A stretch of 63,999 nt of DNA, filler included, from Circinaria calcarea (GCA_051942165.1; 17 parts of 17 records of this genome joined end to end with filler, not necessarily neighbours in it); one strand, 5' to 3'. Counted from the whole stretch's first letter, positions 37,020 to 50,011 are shown. Notes: a model not told the origin generated them from the letters alone. Made by a program: numbers and translations.

Positions 37020-37814
37020 CCTACCTATCAATATCTTATCCTAGAGGAGAGTGCCACCAGCTGAGTTCGTAGTCAAACTTCTTCCATTCTCAGCTTTACC
37101 ATAGACCTTCAGTAGAATATCCGGCTTCATTTTCTATATTACTATGGAAGATACTCCCAGCGTTGTTATGCTTGCCATTTTCCGCAATGTTTTCAGCATT
37201 CCTCTATGTAGCTTAGCGGGCTTCAGGATGAATGTCCTTAGTAAAGCATCCGGTAAAGCTGTCCAGATTTGCCTCAGTGCCACCTCCGCAAGCTCCGGAG
37301 GCCTCAGACTTCTTTCGTACTAGCTTCGCTAGAAAAGGTTTTTCCGATCCGATATTATATAAACCTTTTTCGAGAGAAGTCTGAGACTTTCATCCACGAA
37401 ATATATAGGGAATCGCGAATTTTGTTAAGGATTTACATACAACGTATCGCGAACTTCCCGAGCAGCCAAAACATGATTTTTATTAATTATATAACCATTA
37501 TATATAATTTATTAAATTCGCTCTGACAGAAGTTTCTAAATAACTATAGCTGTATACTAATCAACTTTTTATTAGATTTGATCTAGTCGTTATTGAATAA
37601 AACGGGGTAAACGTACACGAAAAAAAGTAATTTTAATACGCTAACACTTCTAGAGCCTTAACGCGAAATATTAATAAAAATTGGCTCTGACAGATTATAG
37701 CTATTAATAAGCTCTTGAATATAGCCTTTTCAGAATTTCAATACGGCGTGTTGTTGTTGATTAATAGTGAGTATAGTAAACCCACTTTTTATTCAAAAAG
37801 TTCGCTCTCGTCAC
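37020..37814. pseudogene. RIP-like degenerate sequence (gene or transposon relic)
   Basis: AT content and TpA rise toward the contig end while CpG/CGCG persist; the minus-strand reading looks like coding sequence broken by many stops. Identity unknown. Confidence 0.45.
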
Positions 37815-37914
37815 NNNNNNNNNNNNNNNNNNNNNNNNNNNNNNNNNNNNNNNNNNNNTTAATTAATTAANNNNNNNNNNNNNNNNNNNNNNNNNNNNNN
37901 NNNNNNNNNNNNNN

Positions 37915-38890
37915 CCCATCGGTGATGCGAGGAACACATAGGCTCCGGCAACTTCAACCGGCATTCCCGGTCTTTGCAAAGGCGCTGCCTGTATGCCAAG
38001 ACCTTCCATGGCTTCGGCCGGGATACCTTCGGTGGCTGGCTGAAGAGGTGTCCAACTATTCTCGTTAGCATTGTGTCCGCGGCTAAGTAAGTAGGGCACA
38101 TACATGATACCTGGTGCGACAGCGTTAACCCGAATACCTTTAGGAGCTTGCTGTTTAGCAAGAGAACGGGTAAAGGTTGCAATGGCACCCTTTGTGCTAG
38201 AGTAGTCGACCAGCGTAGGGCTGCCCATGTATCCAGCGACTGAACAAGAATTGACGATACTGGCTCCACGCTTCATGTGCGGCAGGGCGTACTTGCACAT
38301 GGCGAACATGCTCAAGATGTTGGTTCGGAAAGTTTTCTCTGTGACGTCAAGGTCGATGTCTTTGAGGTCTTCACAGATCACCTGCATGGCCGAATTATTG
38401 ACCAACACGCTTAGTTTTCCGAATGTTTTCATGTGCTCGTCAACGGCCTTTTGGCAGTTCTCGCGTGAGGTAATGTCCAATGATAGCAGATGTGCCTTCC
38501 TGCCGGTCTTCTCAATCTCTTTCTTCGTAGCCTGCGCATCCTCTTCCTCTTCGGGTAGGTATACGAATGAAATGTCGGCTCCCTCTCTTGCCATCAGGAT
38601 GGCTACCGAACGGCCAATCCCCGAATCCCCTCCTGTAATCAACACGGCTTTGTCTTTCAATAATCCACGTCCCTCATACTCTTTGAGATAGGGCTTGGTG
38701 CCCTCGTCGTCCCAGTACTCCAACTACGCGCAGTTAATAACAAAACGGAAGAAAGCAATACAACGAGACGATGAACCTGAGTGAAGACCGCTGGAGGATC
38801 CAACTTGGAATCAAGCCCTTTGGATCCGGATTGATCCTGAGGCTTGATGGAGGTGGGAAAAGCGGTGGGTGGGGCTTTACTGCCAGACAT
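37915..38890 (-). CDS. Classical short-chain dehydrogenase (glucose/ribitol dehydrogenase-like), 3' partial
   Basis: TGGDSGIGR, LVNNSA, catalytic YSSTK, GIRVNAVAPG; two introns. Confidence 0.9.
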
Positions 38891-39815
38891 GATCAAGGAG
38901 ATGTCGATTGAAACGGACTTTCAGGTACAACTGAATAGAGAGATACTTTTTACTTAGTGTAGTGTTATTGCAGGACTGGTTAGCGAGATGGATGTGGGTA
39001 TGTAATAGCCATCTTGCTTAGAACTTCTGCCATGAAGCAATGATGATATCATTTCCAACATTCATCTAGCCCCACCGTTCACTGTCGTAATGGTTTCTGA
39101 GTGAGACCGGGGGAGGTGATAATATAAATAGCCTTGCCAGTCAAGTCACCTCCCGTTCACTAAATCTCATGTACGTACATTAGTGCTCGGCCTCCCCGGC
39201 CCATTTTACGGAGCCTTCTCCGCTTCGTGCTAATTGGTAGTTCTTTATCCCGTAACCCCCCTCCATAGCCATCTAGTCCCTTGGTCCGTGTTTGCTTTAA
39301 GGATCGCCTGTTCTCAATTTGGAATATTGGCGTAACATCTTTCGGACTCCGAGAGCTGCTGGATGATCATTGTCTTGACTGAGTGGCAACCACCCGATGG
39401 AGTCTTTTCGCAGACAACATGCAGCGACCTTCAATTCTTATCGGAGGATGGCGGGGTCGATCCCCATTTCCGGACATGAAACGAATAAAGGTTTGATGGT
39501 GACAGTCTTCTTGTTCTACAGTCTTGTTCGATGTTGATATATAAAGAAGCCTGTACAAGTCGATTCTTCGCATTAATTTCCATGTGATTTCACATGCAAG
39601 CTTCCGGCTGCGACGGGCTGGCTTTATGGTAGCTAGATACCTTTCTTACGGCCCAATTACTTCTCGACTTCTCTCATTCAAACTGTTCTACCGAGGTACG
39701 CTGGGTACATGCCTTCAACAAATTTCGAGCGAGTGGTCGTGTGGATGTCCTGCTGCCCGTGAACGGCTCTCCATTTCTCTTCCGAACCCTCTCGTCGACT
39801 TGAGAATCCTATCTC

Positions 39816-40756
39816 ATGGCGCCCACGACATATCTGATCACCGGTGCGAATAAAGGTAAGGGGACCCTCCCTATATCGAATTCGTCGAGTAATAGGCGCT
39901 GATATAGCATTCCCACTCTAGGTATCGGTCGTGGATTGCTCGAGGCCTTCCTCGCCCGCCCCAATAGCATCGTTGTCGCCGGTATCCGGGACCGTCGTGC
40001 TCGTGTGTCTGAGGCCTTGACTTCCATTCCGACTGCCAGTGGGAGCAAGGTTGTTGTGATCAAGATGAATAGTTCCTTGGAGACCGACGCAAGGGATGCC
40101 GTTGAACTATTGAAGTCAGCCTACGGAATCGATAAGATTGACGTCATTATCGCAAACACATGGGCAGGTGAACAACAGGGCCTGTCATTGGAAACTCCCA
40201 TCCAGAAGCTGCAAGACTATTTCAAGGTTGATGCTATTGGATCGCTGGCTCTGATTCAAGCAAGTTGGCCACTCTTAATGATTTCTTCGAACCCGCGTTT
40301 TTTCGTCATCTCGAGTGAGGGAGCTTCTACCGGCATGATGAGAGATATGGATGTTTCGGTAACAGCATATGGCGCTTCGAACGCCGCGGCAAATTATTTC
40401 ACTCGGAAATTGCATTTTGAAAGTGAGGCTCTGGTCGCAGCTTTGATCTATCCAGGGTATCTCTAAACTCCAGTCTCGTTGGGCCGTTCGAACTGCGCTC
40501 TGACTCGTATGCTTTTGGCAGATGGACTCAAACCGACCTAGGCCAATCTTCGGAAGACTGGGTTAGAATCGACGAGCCTCCTACGGTGATGAAGGAATGC
40601 GTTGCTGGGTTAATCAGACAGGTAAGCGAGCTCTCCTATTTGTGGTTGCACCAAAGCTGAGTGGTTTGTCTGCCTTCTTGATAGATGGATGGAGCGACCA
40701 AGGAAAACACCTCTAGTTATTTCGCTCTCTATGATGGCTCAACGTCTCCTTGGTAG
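39816..40756 (+). CDS. Short-chain dehydrogenase (Nor-1/sniffer-like ketoreductase) with YxxxN in place of YxxxK
   Basis: YLITGANK|GIGRGL, IDVIIAN, YGASNAAANY, YPG|WTQTDLG, C-terminal DGSTSPW; three introns. Confidence 0.85.
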
Positions 40757-41049
40757 GACCGCCTACCTGAGGAGGTTCTAGAACTATCCATGTATAAAAC
40801 GGAACTTTTAAGCCGATCTGTACAGCAATATGGAGGATTCCGCCGGAGCTCTTGGCTTGATAGGGCATGGTTTTTCAATTTCGTCAACCGAATGGCCAAG
40901 ATACTGTTTCTTGAACATCTACCTTTCCACATTCAACACGGTGGCACTTGTATAAACGAGCTCCTACAGGATCAGTGCCTTTTGCTCTCCGATTCGGGAA
41001 GTCATTCGCCTTTTGCTCCTCTAGCAGAGGCTCCGGATGGAAATTTCTA

Positions 41050-41594
41050 ATGTTATGAAAAAAATCAAAAAGGCCATTTTAAATACCCACTAAATACCCA
41101 TTCAAACTCACTTCGACGTTAGAAGCTCGCCCCCATAGCATCGAAACAGAGAAACCCCCCCCCTCCTTTGAGATCTCCCTTCCTTCTTGCCCTCGACTGC
41201 TTCCAAGAAACCATCCCGTAGCGTAGCCAATTGAAATCTTGCACCTTACACCTTACACCCTTGTCCCTTTCCACAACCGGCTACTAAAAGTCTCTCTCCA
41301 AATTCTAAAAATCCCAAAAGACTCCCCCGAATCTCTACTCCCGCTCCCGCTCCCGCTCTCGTTTCCATAAAAGTTTTTCCTTCGTTTCGAATTTTTTTCT
41401 CATCCTCCCGGACGCGCCCAAAAAAAAAAAAAAAAAAAAGGTCCCAGGGGGACCTTTGTTTTTCAAACAGTACCCTCTTCACGAGGGGATATTTTTTTTA
41501 TTTCCCCGATGGAATAGTTGCTGTTTGTTCTGGTGGTCTGAACCCCCAAAAAAAGGGGGGTTCGAGATCGAGATGGGGGGGGGGAATTTGTTGG
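41050..41594. repeat. Low-complexity homopolymer-rich contig end
   Basis: Long A, C, G and T runs; (CTCCCG)n. Confidence 0.7.
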
Positions 41595-41694
41595 NNNNNN
41601 NNNNNNNNNNNNNNNNNNNNNNNNNNNNNNNNNNNNNNTTAATTAATTAANNNNNNNNNNNNNNNNNNNNNNNNNNNNNNNNNNNNNNNNNNNN

Positions 41695-42620
41695 CTCCCC
41701 CCCCCCACAACCTTCCACATATCCATCAAATTCTACAACATGATCGGGACATAAAAGAGCTAGGTTTACAGTTCCAACAAGTTTCAACCTCCAACCTCCA
41801 TCCCCAATGTGATATATTTTCGTTTTCCGTCTCCAAAACAAGCCCACCAGGCCCACCACAGGCCCACAGGCCCACAAAAAGCGCCCCCTTCCTCCCTCCT
41901 GCCCGATCGATCGATCGATGAAATTCATGAAAAATTCGGTAGGAAAAATTGAAAAATTATAAAATTTCCCCCCAAAAGACCGGGAACTAGTAGTAGGAGT
42001 AGTGTAACCAGGGAGAGGCTGATGGATTTCGCAGATCATGCCACCTTAAAAAAAAACCTCCCCAGAAAGGGGGGAAAGAGCGAGAGATATCAGAATCAGA
42101 AAATAAAAGGGGCCGTCCTTTGTTTGTTGACCATCTATCTACACGTTTGGTGTCCTAGGAGGGGGATTCATTTCAGCTCAGCTCAGTTTAGCTCAGCTCA
42201 GTTCCAGAAAACGGATACGGATACGGATACAGGGATGCCAAAAAGGCCGCGCCGACTACAAAACAAAACTCATTCCTCTTTTTTTGGTCTTTCTTCCGAA
42301 AGGGAGAGAGAGAGAAAGTTCCAGGATATCATTTAGGCATAGGCATGGGCATGGTGCATTCAACGGGTTGCCAAAATGTGGGGAGTTTTGTTCGATGATG
42401 ATGATGATGGTAGTGGTGGGCTTACGAGAACACTCTACCATACCGAGATTCCGAAAAACCGACTTCCCTGGGACATGGAGGGGAAGCTATACGTGGACGC
42501 TACGGGTTTGCAAACGCAAAAATGTATTTAGAGAGGTTATTATAGGTCATTTCAGGGGGGAAGGTCGCAGATATAGGTATGTCTATGGTAGATATACGAA
42601 TACGGGTGTTTAGTATAGCA
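41695..42620. repeat. Microsatellite-rich low-complexity contig start
   Basis: (GATC)n, (CTCAG)n, (ACGGAT)3, (GA)n, (GAT)n, (GGCAT)n and homopolymers. Confidence 0.75.
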
Positions 42621-43171
42621 AATGCCCTTTTTTACAGCACGTATCCCTCGCTCTTTGCTGGAATTTCTCGATGTCTCCAATTTGGTCGTATCACACTGGA
42701 TAGATTAAGTAAAGTCCGCTATTGAAGATCTGATTTTCAAGAGCAACAGTTGTTTCTCAACCTGCTGGGATACTTGCGACTCGAACATCCCGGAGTGGTT
42801 CTTCAATATTGAGAATATGAAGCCAGCGCCTGAAGTTATATCCCTCTGATGCTTCTTAGATCAAGTCATTTCTATCATTCTTGCAAACGCGCAAGCAAAA
42901 TCGATGCCGAACAACCCGGCAGAATACAAATACGTTGCATGATCAACAGTACTCTGGACTTCAATGTCCCAACTTTGTCAATTATAAAGAATATAGAACT
43001 TGCAGAGATAATTGCTAGCCAGTGGCATCGAGACAAAAGAGATGTCGTTTTTTATGCATGCTATTTTCTGCCATCTACTAGCTAATGCTTTCCTAGCTAG
43101 TTGTGGCCAATAGCATAGATAGATGCAAAGAGATCGTACCGTTGAGCGATACAATTCAATCTTGAAATGAT

Positions 43172-44221
43172 TTAATATAGCGTAATATTTGCATGCCGTG
43201 GAAGAGCATTCAGTCCGTTGAGTGTTTTTCGTCTCTGCCCTCCACGACCATGGAGACGATGCAAAGATTGAACCCCATAGTACGCCCTACCTCCTACCGT
43301 GGGTTTCAGCGGATGTAAAACACACTGATTGATCAAACGATCTAGAGCAACCTTAATCTGATCCCAAGTAAGAACGAGCTTGATACTAGCTGTAATAGCA
43401 ACATGACACGTCTTCAAGGAAAGAAGCTTGTCTAGCCCAGGTCCGACTATAATAGTGTCGGAGAGTGGCCCGAGTTGTGAATACTCAAGCTGATTGCAAT
43501 GTGCACTCACGGGCGTACCGAGTTTTGCATCGCACTCGTAGACCATTTCGTTTCTCCGGAAACGTTCGGACCTCAGATTCTGCCACCACGACGATTCACC
43601 TTCTCTATCCAAGGCAAGAGCTTCAGTAGCGAACAGTACCGCACCATCCCAATAGCGTGTTGCAAAAGGACTTCCTACCCGCATGTTCTCGGCAACATCA
43701 AGCAAAGCATCAGAGAGGGTTGCGGGAATTGTTGGATCCCGCTCGCCTGGCTTGATTTCAATTCCAGTCCTCGGCCTCGAAACAGTGACGGTGAAAAATG
43801 AGCTGGCGGGTGAAAAAGGTTCCTCGAAGCGAGTGGAAGGATTGGTGATGTAGTTCACCATGTTCTCGAATGAAACGGTGACAAACCCACCTAGAGCTGA
43901 CGGGGTAACGCATTGGCTAATGACCCATCCAACCATTCCACGCATATAGTCAGGTACCAGTCGAATATGACCTTGGATATTAGGGCCGACTCTTTCGATC
44001 GATACCGTGCATTCGCCAACCGTATAGTGCCAGATCAAAGTACTAGGAGGAGGAAGGTCCCCAGCATAGTAATAGATCGGGTCAGCGCTTCGAGGGAGGT
44101 TCTCTCCTGCTAAAGTACAATCGTTGAAGGTGAGGGCTTGTCCATAGAATTCGTGGCAGACATGGAAATTCGGTGGAGTTGGAGCAATTCTTGGGAGAGG
44201 ATGTAAAGCAAGAGAAGGCAT
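43172..44221 (-). CDS. Hypothetical protein with two Cys-patterned domains, probably secreted; 5' end uncertain
   Basis: 349-aa ORF with two 4-Cys modules, each ending I..QCV....GG. Confidence 0.7.
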   Translation of the reverse strand: MPSLALHPLPRIAPTPPNFHVCHEFYGQALTFNDCTLAGENLPRSADPIYYYAGDLPPPSTLIWHYTVGECTVSIERVGPNIQGHIRLVPDYMRGMVGWVISQCVTPSALGGFVTVSFENMVNYITNPSTRFEEPFSPASSFFTVTVSRPRTGIEIKPGERDPTIPATLSDALLDVAENMRVGSPFATRYWDGAVLFATEALALDREGESSWWQNLRSERFRRNEMVYECDAKLGTPVSAHCNQLEYSQLGPLSDTIIVGPGLDKLLSLKTCHVAITASIKLVLTWDQIKVALDRLINQCVLHPLKPTVGGRAYYGVQSLHRLHGRGGQRRKTLNGLNALPRHANITLY

Positions 44222-45037
44222 TATTGGAATGAGACGTAAGAGGTGACGCAGTCGACATTGTTAACAGAGGATATTCGCTTGCTCTAGTGTTCTTGGATAC
44301 TGTACAGGCGTAGTAGCGCTGATCTGAGACGTTAACGATATATCCGATTTCCGTCTGTACTGAAACAGCAATCTGTACCAGCAATCAACAATCAGTTAGA
44401 CACTTAGCTTTAAGAATACCTCCGCAGTCAGTAGAGGCATTGCCTTCGATTAGGTTTCGGAACCATGTTTGTGTTAATGTGTACTCCAAAACTGCTAATC
44501 CTCTGTACAGTTTCGTCGGAGTAGCAAGATGAACAACATAACATTCTGCAAACACAGGAGCTTAATCTTACTCTAGCTGAGTATAGGGAAGCTACTGTGC
44601 AAAACATATCGTAGGGAGGGAATGTAATGAGAGTAGGAAGAACAAAATTGGAGTCGATCAATCATCGTATTCTACTGACTGGTATTTAGAAAACATCTTG
44701 TAATCGTCTTAAACCAACCGTGTACTCTTGGATCATAAACTTCTATACCTTAGGCATGGAGTATTACCATCTTACTGAGAAATGTGCGGGCTCATCGGAC
44801 TTTTAAATGGACCGATGCACCCTGGTTCCGATATTTTACTCGTCGAGTATCACCGCACCCCCGATTAATCTTATACCAGCACCTTTGAACGTCCAGTTGG
44901 ATTGCAGTTTGTAATACCACTCCTGTCTTTACCGCCAAAAGCCATTGACAACCGCGCAAAAAGTACTCGCGCCTTGAAAGATACCTCTTTTGGGAACTGG
45001 ATACCTCCAGCAACCACACCACCCTCCTACCCTCCGA

Positions 45038-45374
45038 ATGTCCTCACCTCTCCTCCTCCACCGCCGCTCGCTCACCTCCCCCCTCCCCACCTACCTCCAC
45101 CACCAACACCGCCACGCCACGCTCCTCCGCCGGCCCAAGCGGCCCTACACCTTCACCCAGCTCGTCACCCTCTCCGACGGCAGCTCCTACACCCACCGCA
45201 CCACGTCCCCGCTGCCCGTCTACACGTCGACCAAGGACACGCGCAACTCGCTGCTGTGGAATCCGTCGAGTCAGAAACTGCTGAACGTGGAGGAGGACGA
45301 GGCGGGCCGGCTGAGGGCGTTCCGGAGTAAATTCGGTCGGGGGTGGGATGCGGAGATTTTGCCCGAGGGAGGGG
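45038..45374 (+). CDS. MRPL36: Mitochondrial ribosomal protein bL31m (3' partial)
   Basis: Presequence, then RRPKRPYTFTQLVTLSDGSSYTHRTTSP, KDTRNSLLWNP, EDEAGRLRAFRSKFG. Confidence 0.88.
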
Positions 45375-45474
45375 NNNNNNNNNNNNNNNNNNNNNNNNNN
45401 NNNNNNNNNNNNNNNNNNTTAATTAATTAANNNNNNNNNNNNNNNNNNNNNNNNNNNNNNNNNNNNNNNNNNNN

Positions 45475-46045
45475 TTTGAATCTCAACGTAGCGGGCTAAT
45501 TCGTCTTCGAGACGGGGGATCATGGATCCGAATCCCGTGTCGTTAAGGGCTGTATAGACATCTTGCGGGGTGATTGTGCGGTGGTTGGCGGCGAGGGTGT
45601 TGAGATTTGCACTGCGCAGGGGAAAGTTTAGCGATGAGAAAGAGTGGGAAGAAACCGGGGAGACAAGGTTGGCGGGGAAAAGGAAAGCAAGGGAATGAGG
45701 AGGACACGTACTGATGAGAGAGGTAATTCACAAACACTGTTGCCGATTTCGACATTGCCGTAATAGCGTCCTTCTGAATCTGAGTATTAGGCGGTAGGAC
45801 GCCTTTTGCAAGACGCTGAACCATAGTGCGGGGAAGAGAAAGGTCCTAGAAACGCCCAACCCCTTCATCAGCGAACACTCCAAAGATCAAGTCATTAAGT
45901 CACGTAACCCCCGTAAAACTATACAAAAGGCATTTAGAAAGCGGGCAGAACAAACCTCAATGTTAATCCCATCCTGTTCCTTCACCGGTGTAGCCTCATC
46001 TGCCGTCGCAGCTGTCGCCTGCGAGACATTGCTCTTGCGCGGCAT
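45475..46045 (-). CDS. DPB4: DNA polymerase epsilon subunit D, histone fold (3' partial)
   Basis: MPRKS, INIE|DLSLPRTMVQRLAKGVLPPNTQIQKDA, SATVFVNYL, RTITPQDV; two introns. Confidence 0.9.
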
Positions 46046-46087
46046 CACCCCCAGTTCTCTGGCTTCCGCGGCTTTGCGCCTCGAGTA

Positions 46088-46496
46088 CTTCGCGTCAAGA
46101 ATAGCTCTATCTCGGATTTTCTTCGCGTCAAGATTAGTCGTATCCTGGATTTGTAAAGCTTTAGTCTGAGCCTCAATCCCCGCGGTGGGGTCTGAATCTT
46201 TGACTTCGGTAGCGTTGGTGTCAACAGCAACAGGTCTTGCAAATTTGTTGGGATCTTGTCCGGCGTGTGCCGCTTTGTCCACAAAGTATCGCGCGTCATG
46301 GTTTACGAATCCTCGGAATGGCATTGTGAAGTGCGCAGGCGGACCGACTTAAGTCCGTGTAGGCGTCTATCGCGTGTGTAGGGATTACAATATGGCGTTT
46401 GCAATAATCGGAACTCGCTTGACAGATTGCAGGAGGTGTAGCGAGCTGTTTATCCAGGACACGTGCGCTTGACAGAAATAAATAGCAAACGCGAAA
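46088..46496 (-). promoter_or_regulatory. Cluster of MCB-like CGCG elements upstream of DPB4
   Basis: CTTCGCGTCAAGA at 46088 and 46121, CGCGTCA at 46292, CGCGT at 46371, ACGCGAAA at 46489. Confidence 0.5.
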
Positions 46497-47119
46497 ACTC
46501 TAGTTAGTCCGTGCTTGTCCGCTGTAGGGCTGATTATGTAATTAGCCTTCTACAGTTAAGACCAGTGAGCACCGCAAGCGATCACCTACATTAAAAGGGT
46601 CCTCACAAACTTTAGCGACTAGAATCTCAGCGATTGAATACAGTGGGCGTGTTTCAGGGTAGGTTGCCCATGTCGTTTTGTCAAAAGCGTGCCAGACTGG
46701 GTACCGAAACAGATATTTAGATTCTACACACAACACATATCTCCATCACGTGCTACTTCAATACAAACAGAGAAATCCATCCCAAGACATTAATCATGTG
46801 GGCTATAGACGCTTTCCGTAGGTAGAGAAAGCAGGAAATCCCATGGAACCTATTCCCCAAGCATCTCTGCCAGGTATGAAGTTTTTAGATGAAGCAGGAA
46901 TAAAGAAGGGAGAGAGCGGAGGCGGATATCAGGAGTTACAGGTGGTCACTCTATCATGCTCACAAGTGGCATAAATCTGTGCATCTAGCAATAGTGGTAA
47001 TGTGTACATGTTATATTTCCAAGAATCCAAGGACTATACATGTAAAGGGTCCCTCAACCGCATTTACGGACCATCCTCTCGATCCTCTTCTTCGGCAACC
47101 CGCCCTGGACAGTGGCTAT

Positions 47120-49152
47120 CTACATGAGTTCATCAATATCATGCTCGTCATCCCATCCCAAACTCTCATAAATTGACATCTGCGTGTCGGACTTCGATGG
47201 TGTCGCAGCTTGTCGTAATGGAGCGGGGCTCGACTCTTCAACACTCATCAACTTGCACTTAACCGGTGTGCTTTCGATACTCTGCCTCATCTTACCAAAG
47301 GCACTCAACGGTGGATCAATCGGAAATGTAACTGGTAATGGTGGTAGATCATAAGAATGCGTTCGGTGAGGGTGCCAAGGACGTTTAAATGCCGGTTGTT
47401 CTGAACGAAGAATCGGTAACTTTGGCGATTCCTGACCGAGCTCATCCTCATCTTGATCGACCTTGTCCTCGTTGGACAGTGGGCTAGCTCCGGGTCGTGA
47501 GAGCTTACGACTCGGCGTTTGCTCTACTGTAGGGTCCGGCTTTCTGAAACGCCTCGCAGTCGACTTCGGGTTTGGTGTTGCCAAAACCCCACCAACTGCG
47601 GTACTTTTAAATCGTAAGGAGGATGACGGAATACGGGGATCGCTAGATGCTGGAATGAATTCTGGCTCTCGAGGTTCATGAGGATACATGGCAGGAAGTC
47701 TGGGTACACCACCGAATACGTCCTTATGTCTATTACCTTTAGGTGTAGCCATGACTTGAACACCCTGAGCAAAGGGGTTTCGAATCGGATTTTTTGATTC
47801 TGCCAAGGGTTAGAAAAGACTTGTAACAAGAACCGAAGAGTAGACCAACTTCGAGACTTTGATCCGGCTCCAGCTACCCTTAGTTCTGCCGATTCTACCA
47901 ATTCCTTGACAGCCAATCGAGAATTTGGCTTCCGCAAAGTGGCGATTGCGCCTCGCAATTCCCCTTTCACTTCCTGCTCCATTGCAGCTTTCCTTTGTAG
48001 TCTAGCTTCGGTAGCTTGCGAGACAGCCGCGAGATCAACCTCTCGTTGGCTGTACCGTTTCGGTATCGCCATATTGCTTTTCTCAGAAGGTATAGATGAT
48101 AACGATACGTTACTCATTTCACGTTTGATGCTGGGTAAGACCGAGTCTGTAGCCGAACGAGTTAAAGTTGCAGGCGGTCTACGTGATGAGATCTTGTCAT
48201 CGGTGAGAACTCGCTCAAGGGTTTTGCGAGGTTTCTGCCGTGATTGACGCTGAGCAAACGTGGTAGGAGTGGGCTGAGGTCGATCAGCGGTAGATGTCTT
48301 AAGAAGCTTTGGACGGGTAGGTGATGGTCCAGTCGGGGCCCCAAGCTTGTGACAAATCGATGAAGCAATGTCAGGCAGCCGTGTAGCGTAGCTTCATGTT
48401 ATCAGCTCATACTCTAAAGGCCGCTGTTTCTAGACTCACAAGGGAATTACTACTTCTGTGCAAAAGTCTTTGAGCTGATCGTTATTCAAAGTGCGTGACT
48501 CTTTTTGCACTTTTTCCTGCAATGAGGTCTGGCCACCATTCATCTTCATTACGTTTACCTGCTCGCTAGTGGACTGCCAGATGCAAAGCCTTTCCACCAG
48601 TAGATCTAACAGTTTCAGTAAGTCTTCTCGAGACTGGACCTTACCTTCGCTAGTGTCTATAATGGGGTGTTGGGTCTCTTCTAGTGTAGGCTTTCTATTG
48701 ACCAGTATCTCCAACGCTAAGGCCTCCAGGATGACTATAATTTGCAATTGTGTTTCCCGTGCTCTTTGCTCGACTATGGATAACTTTATCCTTTCATCGC
48801 GTGTAGTATCGGGACCGCTAGGGGCTAAGTCCTTATTCAGGTGGATATACCACTTTGCAATATATTCCTCTTCTCCCGGAAACAGACCCGCCTTGTTTAG
48901 TTCTTTCCGCTTCTTCGACCTTGAGAGTTTTGGTCCCAGAACACCCTTAATATAATCTCCTTCATCGTCCGAGGAAATCGCTACAGGGAAGTCCTTGAGC
49001 AGACCCGGCAACGTTTTTGAGTATTTAATATCAGTCATCTTCTTGGTCAAAATGTCAGCACGCAGAGCTTCGATGAGACCTGGCGTGTTGGTACTCGGAG
49101 AATTAAGCTGAGTGGTTACGGCACGGGCACGTGATAAAGGTCCTTTGGCAAA
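47120..49152 (-). CDS. SLD3: DNA replication regulator Sld3 (5' partial)
   Basis: AKGPLSRARA, RETQLQIIVILEALALE, LLVERLCIWQS, LKDFCTEVVIP|FYATRLP, LRGAIATLRKPN, C-terminal SIYESLGWDD; multiple S/TP sites; two introns. Confidence 0.88.
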
Positions 49153-50011
49153 NNNNNNNNNNNNNNNNNNNNNNNNNNNNNNNNNNNNNNNNNNNNTTAA
49201 TTAATTAANNNNNNNNNNNNNNNNNNNNNNNNNNNNNNNNNNNNNNNNNNNNGCAAATGATCAAAGGGTACTCCATACTGCTTGTACTGCCTAAGGTGGT
49301 CTGCACTAAAACGGAGTCCTAGGTATTCCGAGAAAGCGGCCAAAGAACGTTTCTCCGTTTAATCCTATCCGTATGAATCCCACAAGTGGGAAACCCGGGC
49401 CATTCTCAACCCCGGCAATGTAGCAGCTAAAATGGAGCAGTAATGGAATTTTTACGAGCGCCACGAGAGGCGTCTCTGTCTTGTTCTTTGTATAGCACTG
49501 GCTGTCAGTAGTCTAGTAGTCGCGATAAAGTACCTTATCATACATTACACACATGATACCTTGAGTCGGCCTGGGTACGTTGGACTTGACATTTGTCTTT
49601 GATTGTATACTCTGCTCGATGACCCCTCGCCCGCATCCATTGATCACCAGGTCTTTTGATCACCAGCCGACATGTCCATTGAGTAAACCGCTTCCCTTCC
49701 TCAGCGTTGATATTGTCCTCCTCATCCTTCAAGACGCTTGACGTTGACGTTGAGTTGCCAGAGCCGCTGTCATGCGATAGACGAACAGACCGCGATTTCC
49801 ATTACGTATCTGCAATTTTTATTACGTATCTGCCGCTGCGTCTGCCCCCGCATCGTACACCTTGCGGTTGACGGTTTAGGAGCTGGGCTACCAGGTCGAA
49901 GGGTGTCTTCCCTCAGCGAGAAACCAGGGGGTTTGTCGTGGGATTACCCTCTCTCTCAGCATTTCGTGTTGTCGGTCTATATTTTCCCATATGTCATTCC
50001 CAAGTCCGGTG

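Noticed and set aside
41050..42620. ORFs in homopolymer-rich contig ends
   Set aside because: Low complexity, and the two halves are different contigs.
49801..49833. 13-bp direct repeat ATTACGTATCTGC
   Set aside because: Short local duplication upstream of a pseudogene; no evidence of function.
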